The position numbers were made by a program, and so were the translations under genes. Positions 55,535-64,000 of a stretch of 64,000 nucleotides of DNA are shown in pieces. The stretch is from an uncultured virus (IMG/VR IMGVR_UViG_3300049489_000458) (Duplodnaviria; Heunggongvirae; Uroviricota; Caudoviricetes), in IMG/VR virus record IMGVR_UViG_3300049489_000458; one strand, 5' to 3'. Within the stretch, counting starts at the first letter, position 1. Every line of letters begins with the position of its first letter. The notes under the pieces are model-generated. The model was not told the DNA's origin, did no database searches, and worked only from the letters and a program-made list of their open reading frames with translations.

Positions 55535-57539
55535 AATGGACGATACCCTATTTGAAGATGTTCCATATGACGATTCGGATGCCGATGACTCTGGTCTATT
55601 TGAGGACACCCTACATCCTGAAATGCATAATCGAACACTAGCGAGTGTTGTCGATTCTCAAAATAATGAAGCGGTATTAAATCGTCCTGATGTTAGTCCT
55701 GCTCGGTCAGCATTAGTTGGGGCAGGTCAAAGTGCGACGATTGGTTTTGCTGAAGAAGTAACGGCCCCTTTCGCTGCCGCTGCAGGAATGGCCGGAGTTG
55801 GAGGCGAGCTACCTTCACTTCCTGGAGAATCTACTTGGGATAAATACCAGCGATTGATGCAGGAATATAGAGATGTCGCCAGAGATGAACAAGCTGGCGC
55901 ACAAGAACAAAATCCAGGATCATATACTGCCGGTGCTGTGGCCGGAGGCATTGCCTCTCCGGGATTAGGTCTATTAAAAGGCGCTAGTATGGCGGCTAAG
56001 GGTCTTCAAGCCGTTAAAGTCCCAGCATTGATAGCTAAAGCTGCAAGTGGTGCTGGTGCTGGCGCTATAGGTGGTGGAGCTGCTGGATTAGGTGAAGCAC
56101 AAGGTTCACTTGAAGAAAGATTACCTCAAGCCGAAGAAACCGCTAAAATGGGAGCAGGTATTGGGGCAGCTATTCCAGTTGTCGGAGCAGGATTAGCCAC
56201 GGCTGGTAAAACTGCTGGAAAAATCGCAGAATTGCCTCTTGTTAAAAAAACAATTGAAGGATTTAAACGTGGCGTTAAAGATGAAAGCCTTGTAACTGAA
56301 ACTGGACGTAGAGAGGCTTCTGGTATTGGCCGTGAATTAGCGGGAGATTTATTTAGTGATATTAAAAAAGTCCAAAGCGATATAGGAGAATCAATTGAGG
56401 CAGAAATTAATGCCGCACATGATTCTGGACGAAAACTCAATCTAGAATCTCAAATCGAAGATGCCTTTTCTAAACTGGATACTATCAAAAAAGAAGGATC
56501 AAAAGAAGCCGCATCTTATGCCGCAGGAGTTGAATCTGAAATAAAGAAGATTCTGAAGATTCCTAAAGAATCTGAGTTTATGGGTGTTGCCGATGATGCT
56601 TTACCCGAAGGTTTAATTGTTCCTTCAGCTAAAGCAGTATCGAAAGAAATTACGCCAAAACAAGCACAAGATCTAAAACAAGTTCTTTACAATTACACCC
56701 CTAAAAAGATGATGGCTCCACAAGAAATTGCGCCAGCAGGAGTTGCTAAAGAACTTCGTTCGGCAATAAGTAGTCAGTTAAACGATCTTACTGACGATCT
56801 TCCTAGGCTTAATAAAGAATATGGCATAGTTAAAGATTCATTGAAACGATTAAATATTAATGAAAAGTCGTTACCTAGTCAAATAAAAGAAAAAGTAAAT
56901 AGAGTAGTGGCTCGTTTAGAAGACGAATCTACTAGTGGAGATGATGCTCGCCAACTAATTAATGATGTCCTTGGGGATATTGAAAAGGTTGCTCCAGAAG
57001 TTGCTAAAAAATACGCTATGCCATTAGAAGATATTGCTCAAAGACTAAAATTAACTAAAGAAATCACTAAAGGATTACAATCTGGTCTTAGTTTTGGTAC
57101 ACTTCAAGGTCTAACTAAAGCTGGAGCAAATGTTGCGGGATTAGTAGCTAGTAAACTAGGTGGAGCTAAAATTGGTGCCGGAATTAAAGGTGTATCTAGT
57201 TTCACTAAAGATGTACTCCAACATGATCTATCTACTAAAGGTGCTATTAAATATAAAACTCAAGGAGCAGAGGCTCTTAATCTGGCATCAAAAGCAGTTG
57301 AACCATATAAAGTCCAACGTCAAGTAGCCAGTGCTGCCGAAAGTGCAGACCCTCAATTACTTAAAGACCAGGCCACTAACATTAGACAACAACATGGTAA
57401 GCAGGGCGAGCAGCTTGCTACTATATTAGAGAATATGGCAGATCAAAGTAAAGATACTAGACGAGCTTTAATGTTTACTGTACTTCAAAACCCTATGCAT
57501 CGTAAGATGTTGGGACTTATGGACGAGGAGAAAAGATAA
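55524..57539 (+). CDS. Large ejection / internal core protein
   Basis: 'GAGQSATIGFAEE...NPGSYTAGAVAGG' Gly/Ala-rich membrane-like segments. Confidence 0.7.
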   Translation: MDNKMDDTLFEDVPYDDSDADDSGLFEDTLHPEMHNRTLASVVDSQNNEAVLNRPDVSPARSALVGAGQSATIGFAEEVTAPFAAAAGMAGVGGELPSLPGESTWDKYQRLMQEYRDVARDEQAGAQEQNPGSYTAGAVAGGIASPGLGLLKGASMAAKGLQAVKVPALIAKAASGAGAGAIGGGAAGLGEAQGSLEERLPQAEETAKMGAGIGAAIPVVGAGLATAGKTAGKIAELPLVKKTIEGFKRGVKDESLVTETGRREASGIGRELAGDLFSDIKKVQSDIGESIEAEINAAHDSGRKLNLESQIEDAFSKLDTIKKEGSKEAASYAAGVESEIKKILKIPKESEFMGVADDALPEGLIVPSAKAVSKEITPKQAQDLKQVLYNYTPKKMMAPQEIAPAGVAKELRSAISSQLNDLTDDLPRLNKEYGIVKDSLKRLNINEKSLPSQIKEKVNRVVARLEDESTSGDDARQLINDVLGDIEKVAPEVAKKYAMPLEDIAQRLKLTKEITKGLQSGLSFGTLQGLTKAGANVAGLVASKLGGAKIGAGIKGVSSFTKDVLQHDLSTKGAIKYKTQGAEALNLASKAVEPYKVQRQVASAAESADPQLLKDQATNIRQQHGKQGEQLATILENMADQSKDTRRALMFTVLQNPMHRKMLGLMDEEKR

Positions 57540-57841
57540 TGGCTAAAACTCTAGAAGAACTACTTGAAGGACTTACTGATAAAGTAGATGAACAACATAA
57601 AGATATTGACCGACGATTAGATAATATTGAAAAAGTAATGATAGTTCAGGAACTTAACTTAAAAGTGCATATGAAAAGATCTGATAATCTTGAAGATTTA
57701 GTTAATGCTATTCAGGAAAAAGAACTTAAGCCTCTACATAAACATGTGTCACAAGTCGAAGGTGTATTTAAGTTTTTAGGTCTTCTTGCTCTTATTCTTA
57801 CGATAGCTACGGGTATTAGTAAACTTCTTGGGCTGATCTAA
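57539..57841 (+). CDS. XhlA-like coiled-coil plus TM protein (holin-like)
   Basis: Coiled-coil followed by a single C-terminal TM helix at the operon end. Confidence 0.5.
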   Translation: MAKTLEELLEGLTDKVDEQHKDIDRRLDNIEKVMIVQELNLKVHMKRSDNLEDLVNAIQEKELKPLHKHVSQVEGVFKFLGLLALILTIATGISKLLGLI

Positions 57842-58634
57842 ATACTCGATCATAGCATCTTCCATGTTATTCTGTGTAACCATCTGTTCTGTCTCAATAA
57901 AGCTATTAAGAGTTTCGGGATTCATTTTGACCACAAGATTACGAGCTTTAGATATAGAGTATTCATCTCTATTCCTCGCATTATTTCGATCAGTACAATC
58001 TTTGACTTCTTTCGCAGTTCGGTGCATATTGTTATTTTTGGCTTCAGATTGCTTACCAACTTCGCCATTATTCCATTCTTTCATAAATAACGACAGATAC
58101 TCTAATTCAGTAACCATTTTGCCATTTGGTAATTTATAGGATTTCTTTGTATCGTCGAGCTTACCGATATAATCCATATCTAGATATTCCTGGCGAATCC
58201 TAGAATTATAGTTTAGCTTCAATGAGGCATTTTTTATGCTACTTCGGCGAGTTTTGGTCTTTTTTTGCTTCATCTTGTTCTTTTCTTAGAAATGCCCTGG
58301 CTTTAAAGAAAAACTGAGGAGATAGATCAAATCCTTTCGGGCTGAGTAAATATCCAATTCCATCTACAGTTCTGGTTTTTTCGAATTTAGTCTTAAAATA
58401 TCTAAGGAATTTCAATCGAGGAATAAGTCTAATCTTCTTATGAAGAACATAACGATAATATACGATATATGAAGGAATTCGGGTCTTACCATTATCAATG
58501 TTACATTCCGTAATAAACTGATCTATCTCAGTATGCCAAGCTGGGGTCTTCTTGACTTTAACTTTCTTCTCAGCCGGTTGATTAGCAAGCTCTAGAAGTT
58601 GATCTATATCTTTATTATTTAAGTTGCGAGGCAC
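57776..58634 (-). other. Two basic hypothetical proteins (57776..58273, 58239..58634)
   Basis: ORF track; the second may be a winged-helix DNA-binding protein. Confidence 0.6.
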
Positions 58635-59010
58635 TGTATACAGCCAATCCTGAAACAGCGACCCCTAGTCCAAACCAAACAAACTTCTGCCACTTATCCT
58701 GATTCTCTTTATACACTAGTTCTTTAGATAATATCTGGCTTTGTTCTACATATAATTGAAGTCGCTTATCCAGGATATTCATTTCTTTTGTCGTATAGTC
58801 TTGGCGTTCAATGAGCTTATCACTGAGTGCTTTATAATACTTAGAATCTTGAATGGCTTCATCAGCTTTTTTACTAGCAATAGGTGATAACAGAATGCCA
58901 TCACAGTTCACTATCTGCCCTTTAGTGACGACTTGAATATCTTCTGGACAATCTGCCCAGGAGACTGAAGTAAACGTCAGGATTAGGCTAATAGCGAGTT
59001 TAAATAACAC
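58615..59010 (-). CDS. Exported coiled-coil protein with a C-terminal TM helix (spanin-like)
   Basis: Signal peptide, two Cys, helical middle, terminal FVWFGLGVAVSGLAVY. Confidence 0.5.
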   Translation of the reverse strand: MLFKLAISLILTFTSVSWADCPEDIQVVTKGQIVNCDGILLSPIASKKADEAIQDSKYYKALSDKLIERQDYTTKEMNILDKRLQLYVEQSQILSKELVYKENQDKWQKFVWFGLGVAVSGLAVYSASQLK

Positions 59011-59303
59011 TAGGATAGACCTTTCTTAATACGGTCAGCGCGTTCCTTAAGACTAAGATTGTCAAACTCACGTTTACGATCTTCAATAGCTTTTTGTTCT
59101 TTCATTTTAGCAATACCATTATCTAATGTAATAATAGCAGCGGCTACTTCTTTTTGTTGTTCGGCTAGTGCCATATCCTGACCTTTGGTTTGAGCTAGTT
59201 TAGCGTCAACAGCAGCTCGATCTGCTTTACTTTTAAACATCCAAACTAGTCCACCTAATACCAATACTAATACACCAACTAATGCTTCCATTATTTTCTC
59301 CAA
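59010..59303 (-). CDS. N-terminal TM plus coiled-coil protein (i-spanin-like)
   Basis: Predicted topology. Confidence 0.5.
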   Translation of the reverse strand: MEKIMEALVGVLVLVLGGLVWMFKSKADRAAVDAKLAQTKGQDMALAEQQKEVAAAIITLDNGIAKMKEQKAIEDRKREFDNLSLKERADRIKKGLS

Positions 59304-60169
59304 ATCATCGTATCGCTAACACTTTTACAAAAGTCTTTAACTGTCTTTAGTTTTGGATTACTATCAAATTGAATTTCACGACATTTATCATAGTTAAATG
59401 CAGTATTTGAAGCTTCCATTGTATCAGTTTCAGCTTTAGCCTCTTGCCATTTAAAATGTTGTGCATTTTGAATAAAATAAAGCACATAAAGTTGAGGAAC
59501 GATAAACCCATAACTAAAATCTCGGCCAGAACCAGCAAATACTACTCCAACTAATCTACCGCTACTATTAAATACTGCACTACCGGAACTACCTGGCTTA
59601 ACTAGATTAGATACAACTTGTGCATCAAATTCCTTAACAATCGGAACTCCACCAAAGAAAATACAAACCATAGGGTCGGTTTTAAAATCAGCTTTCATAC
59701 ATGGTCTTTTCCCAACAACAAGGGTAACGACTTCATTTTCAGATAGATGACCAATTGACGCAATATGTGGCAGAAGATTAGGATGACCAGAAACCACTGT
59801 TTGTGAGGACGGTTGAGCTAATGTATCTGAAATTTCAATATTAACATTAAAGTTAGTTGAAACTCGTACAATACAGAGATCATGGTCAGGAAATTCCTTA
59901 TAATGGCTGATAAGCCAATTTTTTCCTTTATAATTAACCAATCCTCCAGATTTAATTAATTCACATACATGCTTATTAGTTAAGATATGACTGGCATCGT
60001 TAAATGAACGAAATATAGATCCTGTACCTCCACTCGTACTTTCCATATTAGTAATACGAACAGACGTTTCCTTAAATTCGGATACAGTATGAGGAAAAAT
60101 ATCTTCTGCAAATGTAAATTGGGAGAACAATATGCTAATAACTAAAAAGATCTTATTCACTTTTTTCAT
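59291..60169 (-). CDS. Secreted trypsin-like (S1) serine protease
   Basis: Signal peptide; GTGS, ILTNKHVC, DLC, PGSSGS motifs. Confidence 0.9.
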   Translation of the reverse strand: MKKVNKIFLVISILFSQFTFAEDIFPHTVSEFKETSVRITNMESTSGGTGSIFRSFNDASHILTNKHVCELIKSGGLVNYKGKNWLISHYKEFPDHDLCIVRVSTNFNVNIEISDTLAQPSSQTVVSGHPNLLPHIASIGHLSENEVVTLVVGKRPCMKADFKTDPMVCIFFGGVPIVKEFDAQVVSNLVKPGSSGSAVFNSSGRLVGVVFAGSGRDFSYGFIVPQLYVLYFIQNAQHFKWQEAKAETDTMEASNTAFNYDKCREIQFDSNPKLKTVKDFCKSVSDTMIWRK

Positions 60170-60374
60170 CCTTATCACTTGAATAGGTTTTAGAACCAAT
60201 GTTAACACGACGACCAAAATAAAGAGCAGCACATGCATAGAAAAGCTGAAGAAGTTGTTCAGGATTCTTTGTTTGATCTAGAGCTGCCGCAATAGAAAAT
60301 CCAACAGCTAATACAAATGACGCAACTAAGAATGTCAATGAAACAGATCCATCTTTGGGGTCTTTAAGATACAT
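60153..60374 (-). CDS. Two-TM holin-like protein
   Basis: Two TM helices, YFGRR, charged tail. Confidence 0.55.
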   Translation of the reverse strand: MYLKDPKDGSVSLTFLVASFVLAVGFSIAAALDQTKNPEQLLQLFYACAALYFGRRVNIGSKTYSSDKDEKSE

Positions 60375-60377
60375 ACA

Positions 60378-60695
60378 TTACCACGAAATTGTCATAAGAA
60401 GAAACGGACCTACTGTTGGATCGACCTGTTGTTCCGTCGTGACAGTGTATCCCAAAGTTTGAAATTCATTTGAAATTTCTGCTAACAGAGTTGGATCAAA
60501 TGTTGGTTGGAGTTTTGCGCTATATCCATTTCCACCTTGCTCAGTTGCGATCCGAACCATCGATGACATAAATGAATCCATAATACTATCCTTTTGTCGT
60601 TTCGAGATTACAGCTTGACTAATCGTCATCTCTCGTAGAGTTTGAGCCGGAACCATTGCTGTATCGTTATCATTACCTACATTCATAGCTTGCAT
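60378..60695 (-). CDS. Hypothetical protein
   Basis: AAGGAG RBS. Confidence 0.7.
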   Translation of the reverse strand: MQAMNVGNDNDTAMVPAQTLREMTISQAVISKRQKDSIMDSFMSSMVRIATEQGGNGYSAKLQPTFDPTLLAEISNEFQTLGYTVTTEQQVDPTVGPFLLMTISW

Positions 60696-60715
60696 AATAT
60701 ATCTCCTTTAATTGA

Positions 60716-60744
60716 ATAGTACAACATGTCTCATAATGAGTCAA
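60716..60744 (-). promoter_or_regulatory. Sigma-70 promoter overlapped by the 17-bp palindrome
   Basis: TTGACT-N17-TACTAT; TGTCTCAtaaTGAGTCA at 60727-60743. Confidence 0.7.
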
Positions 60745-60747
60745 GTA

Positions 60748-61086
60748 TTATTTTTCTTTTTTTAATTGTTTTCTTATTCCATTTTCAACATCTGTCTTAG
60801 AATTATGACAGGGTATACAGAGAGTATTATAATTATCTACAGAACAAAACAAAGATTCAACAAAATGACCTAAATCCTGAAAACCTTCTAATGGTACAAC
60901 AGGAATATTATGATCTAGTACAATCTCTTTAGGTCCAAATATATTACAGCATATAGCACATTTATATTTGCCTCGCTCAACTCTTGCTAGTTTTTTAGCT
61001 TCATTACGAGGTGGCCACTGATATGATAGTCTACGAAGTTTTGGAATTAGCCATGTTCGTAAATTGATTTCTTTTTTCTTTTTCAT
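60748..61086 (-). CDS. HNH endonuclease-like protein
   Basis: CAIC...LDHNIP...NYNTLCIPCHNSKT. Confidence 0.8.
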   Translation of the reverse strand: MKKKKEINLRTWLIPKLRRLSYQWPPRNEAKKLARVERGKYKCAICCNIFGPKEIVLDHNIPVVPLEGFQDLGHFVESLFCSVDNYNTLCIPCHNSKTDVENGIRKQLKKEK

Positions 61087-61352
61087 AACTTTTTCTTATA
61101 ATCACAATCAACACAGACTTCATACTTAACATGAGTAAAGTCTTTATATTCTATTTTACTCTTACATTGAGGACATTTAGGTTCAATAACAATATCCTCA
61201 GAAATAGTTTCAAGTAAATCTTCATATAGATGTTCACGCTTATCTAAAGACTTTAGTCGTCTACGAAGCTGACGATTCTGACTCTCTAGTTTTTTAACTC
61301 TACCACGAAGATGATCAAGTTCACTATGATTCCGTTGCCTAGTTTTGCTCAC
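61083..61352 (-). CDS. Coiled-coil plus zinc-ribbon protein
   Basis: CPQC...CVDC. Confidence 0.65.
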   Translation of the reverse strand: MSKTRQRNHSELDHLRGRVKKLESQNRQLRRRLKSLDKREHLYEDLLETISEDIVIEPKCPQCKSKIEYKDFTHVKYEVCVDCDYKKKL

Positions 61353-61369
61353 GATGATCCAATTATGTA

Positions 61370-62413
61370 TTAAGTATTAGAACTTCCAAATCCACCAGAT
61401 CCCCTATCTGTTTCATATAAAGTATCGACTTCTTCAAATGAAACAAAAGGAGTTCGCATAGGTACTATTTGAATAATCCTTTCGTTAATTTCAATTTTAG
61501 CTTCTTTATGTGTTTTATCAAAAACTGCCATAATTTCTCCAGTATATTGATTATCAATTAAACCGACAGAATTAGATAATCTTAATCCTTTTTTACAAAT
61601 TGACGATCTTGGTAAAGCCAATAAAATCCAACCAGGATCGGGTTGACAAGAAATTCCTGTATAAACTTTAATTTGATCTCCAAGATCTTCAACAAATGCC
61701 GCAGTTATATCATAGCCGCCGTCACCAAGTTTAGCGCGAAATGGCATAGTAGCATTATCTCTTAATTTTTTAATTTTAATATGACATGTACCAAAGGTTT
61801 TCAATGCTAACATATTTAAAAATACATTAAGATCTTCCTGGGTATCGTTACCTTTTAATTTATTAATTCCATTACAACAAAATGTGATATTTCCTTCAAT
61901 ATAGCCATTTTCTGGAATAATTTTATCAACAGATAGTGTATCAATATCTGCTTGTCCCTTTATTTTAAAATTTGTACTTGTTATTTTCATCGGAATTCCA
62001 CTATAAGAACATAAACCATTTTGTTTTAAATATAGTGAATATAGATATTCGGGAGTTAAATTAAAATCTAATTTTTGTCTATTTGCTCGATTTTTAATAT
62101 CGTTACATCGGATTACAAAAAATTTATGTAAAGAATCTTTATATTTATGATTAGGATTTTTATTTCCAATATATATAGTTTTTAATAATTCTCCTCGGCA
62201 CTTTCTAGAACAAGTAAATGGACCTTTATATCGTTTTTTATGGAATGGTTTTAATTTAAATTTAATACTACAAATTTCACATGATGTATTTAAATTTTGA
62301 GTTTTTCTATAATTATTAGAACAATTACGACTACAACATACTTTTTGATTATTTTTTAATCGGCTAGGTTTAACGTCTAGTTCTACATTACAATTATCAC
62401 AATTAGTTTTCAT
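61370..62413 (-). CDS. dut: dUTPase fused to an N-terminal HNH-type homing-endonuclease-like region
   Basis: C-terminal GGYD, PRSS, GLIDNQYTGE, IIQ, RGSGGFGSS motifs; N-terminal CxxC/CS..C repeats and 'KQNGLCSYSG...SVDKI...GYIEGN...C..IN..K'. Confidence 0.9.
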   Translation of the reverse strand: MKTNCDNCNVELDVKPSRLKNNQKVCCSRNCSNNYRKTQNLNTSCEICSIKFKLKPFHKKRYKGPFTCSRKCRGELLKTIYIGNKNPNHKYKDSLHKFFVIRCNDIKNRANRQKLDFNLTPEYLYSLYLKQNGLCSYSGIPMKITSTNFKIKGQADIDTLSVDKIIPENGYIEGNITFCCNGINKLKGNDTQEDLNVFLNMLALKTFGTCHIKIKKLRDNATMPFRAKLGDGGYDITAAFVEDLGDQIKVYTGISCQPDPGWILLALPRSSICKKGLRLSNSVGLIDNQYTGEIMAVFDKTHKEAKIEINERIIQIVPMRTPFVSFEEVDTLYETDRGSGGFGSSNT

Positions 62414-62414
62414 A

Positions 62415-62756
62415 TTATCCTAGATATACTAAAGAACCAATTAAAGTATTTTCTGAAATCTTTTTCAAAGGACGATCATTTATTTTTTTATAAATAAAAA
62501 CCACTTCATTATTCATCACTAAAGTATTAATAAGAATCACTGGGTTATTTCTTAATATATCCGGTGAAGGTTTTTCTGTAATTACTTGTATTTCATTATT
62601 ATCGGTTCCACTATAAAGATAAAGAAATACATTATAATTTTCAGTTTTTAACTCTGAACGCTTTAAATAGAAATCTTTTACTTTTATATTCATAGTAACC
62701 TCTGGTGTAATAACTTTATCTTCAATAACTGGTATTTTCTTACCAAATCCTAACAT
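62415..62756 (-). CDS. Hypothetical protein, possibly a degenerate dUTPase-like fold
   Basis: Loose collinear similarity to the adjacent dUTPase. Confidence 0.5.
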   Translation of the reverse strand: MLGFGKKIPVIEDKVITPEVTMNIKVKDFYLKRSELKTENYNVFLYLYSGTDNNEIQVITEKPSPDILRNNPVILINTLVMNNEVVFIYKKINDRPLKKISENTLIGSLVYLG

Positions 62757-62796
62757 ATCATACTTCCTTTGTTGGTGTCAATACTTATTTATTATA

Positions 62797-63510
62797 TTAG
62801 ATATTCCAACCATTGCTTATTAAAGCTTCGATTGCGATAGGTGCTATATTCTTTTCTCTAACAGATTTAAGCATCATATCTGCAATATTACAAATTTCTA
62901 ATTGAGCATGTCCGGTATTGCGTAATTTTTGATAATTGGCAAATGATCTAAGATTAAATATACTAATACGCTCGGTCATATTACATTGTGGTAATATTCC
63001 TCTAAATATCTCTCTGCATCTTTTATATTCGGAATTGCTTATGATTCCGTGTTTTTCTTGAAGTTTTAATCCATTTACTATTGCATTATATGAATTGTTA
63101 GCCTCTTCACAAATTCGATAATATTCACTATATGCATCAAGTTTTGTATTTGTGGGATTTAGCCAATATAAATCTACCTTTTTTAATATATCATCCACAT
63201 CTTCAGGAAGATCTAAATATTCTGATGGCATAGTCCTATAACGCCCTGACATTCCATTATGTGAAGCTATCCTATGCGTCATATGCTGTCTATCAATCAT
63301 TATTGGCATCTTAATCCAGAAACGTAATATAACTGATTCAAATGGGGTCGAGTGTCGTTCTTGGGCTAACATTTTAACTACACGTTCAACGTCGGCATCT
63401 GTTCTTGTTTGTTTTTTTTGATAATCTAAACTTGAAGTCCAAGCGGCTTCTGCAATTGAACGATCATTACCCATAGAATCCTGAAGTTCTACTTTAATTT
63501 GATAACTCAT
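62797..63510 (-). CDS. thyX: FAD-dependent thymidylate synthase
   Basis: HSTPFE, RQHMTHRIASHNGMSGRY, LR..HAQLEI. Confidence 0.93.
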   Translation of the reverse strand: MSYQIKVELQDSMGNDRSIAEAAWTSSLDYQKKQTRTDADVERVVKMLAQERHSTPFESVILRFWIKMPIMIDRQHMTHRIASHNGMSGRYRTMPSEYLDLPEDVDDILKKVDLYWLNPTNTKLDAYSEYYRICEEANNSYNAIVNGLKLQEKHGIISNSEYKRCREIFRGILPQCNMTERISIFNLRSFANYQKLRNTGHAQLEICNIADMMLKSVREKNIAPIAIEALISNGWNI

Positions 63511-63764
63511 ACTACAGGATTCCATTCTTCATTTCTAATAAACTTGCTATCAGGATTCTTACACTTTAGCCAATTACAAATATGCTCCGGTTTAATAAAG
63601 AACTCAGCCGAGCAATTCAAAGGATATGTCAATGTTTGACCTTGATTAACCCAAGTTCCATATACCATAATATAGTTATTAGCTGGATTAATAGATGTAT
63701 AGAATACTTTAACCGCTACATCCATTGTCGCTTTATGTTTAATTACATCGCCTTGTTTAATCAT
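63507..63764 (-). CDS. Hypothetical protein
   Basis: Coupled 85-aa ORF. Confidence 0.6.
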   Translation of the reverse strand: MIKQGDVIKHKATMDVAVKVFYTSINPANNYIMVYGTWVNQGQTLTYPLNCSAEFFIKPEHICNWLKCKNPDSKFIRNEEWNPVV

Positions 63765-64000
63765 GTTTCCTCTGGATTATACTTTAGAAAGATTCTATTT
63801 CCTACAATATCACCTAATTCAACTTTATCATCAATATGACGAGTCGGTTTACTACGAACTATATCAACATAATCCTGAAGATTTAATGCCCTAACTACTT
63901 GCTCTGCCCATTCATATCCATTTTGTGACCAAACTTCAACATAATCTCCACGAAGAAAACAATGCTTAAGAAAACGAATATGAGGAATATGAGGATAAAG
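63761..64000 (-). CDS. Partial HAD-like protein (5' end outside the window)
   Basis: Open frame '...VEVWSQNGYEWAEQVV...KPTRHIDD...' ending TGA at 63761. Confidence 0.5.
   Translation of the reverse strand, partial: LYPHIPHIRFLKHCFLRGDYVEVWSQNGYEWAEQVVRALNLQDYVDIVRSKPTRHIDDKVELGDIVGNRIFLKYNPEET

Noticed and set aside
1..64000. tRNA/rRNA genes and stop-codon reassignment
   Set aside because: No cloverleaf or T-loop pattern recognised by eye (tRNAscan not run); long genes are intact and densely packed in the standard code

Overview
A 64-kb stretch of an AT-rich tailed dsDNA phage genome with podovirus-like organisation (portal, scaffold, capsid, tubular tail proteins, GNAT and ejection proteins; no tape measure or sheath seen). 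From 1 to 7 kb is a leftward early region of small genes with nine near-consensus sigma-28 (FliA) promoters. Next to it, a mostly non-coding 5.3-7.2 kb block is packed with sigma-54 (-24/-12) motifs and a 17-bp palindrome, YGTMTCA-N3-TGAKACR. From 7.2 to 15.5 kb are leftward small ORFs, HNH nucleases, lipoproteins and secreted proteases. The rightward morphogenesis region (15.7-57.8 kb) includes an intein-containing TerL and is punctuated by six identical GTTAACAAATATA motifs, which are candidate late promoters. A leftward cassette with an M15 peptidase interrupts it at 31.3-33.8 kb. From 57.8 to 64 kb are leftward lysis-like genes, a trypsin-like protease, an HNH-dUTPase fusion and thyX. The main candidates for novelty are (1) a transcription programme keyed to host flagellar and sigma-54 machinery, suggesting a motile host, possibly Bdellovibrionota (inference), and (2) unrelated putative virion cargo proteins sharing a YxxLKxLxKG-like terminal peptide, found beside a kinase-like gene. 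All calls come from reading motifs by eye; no database searches were run.
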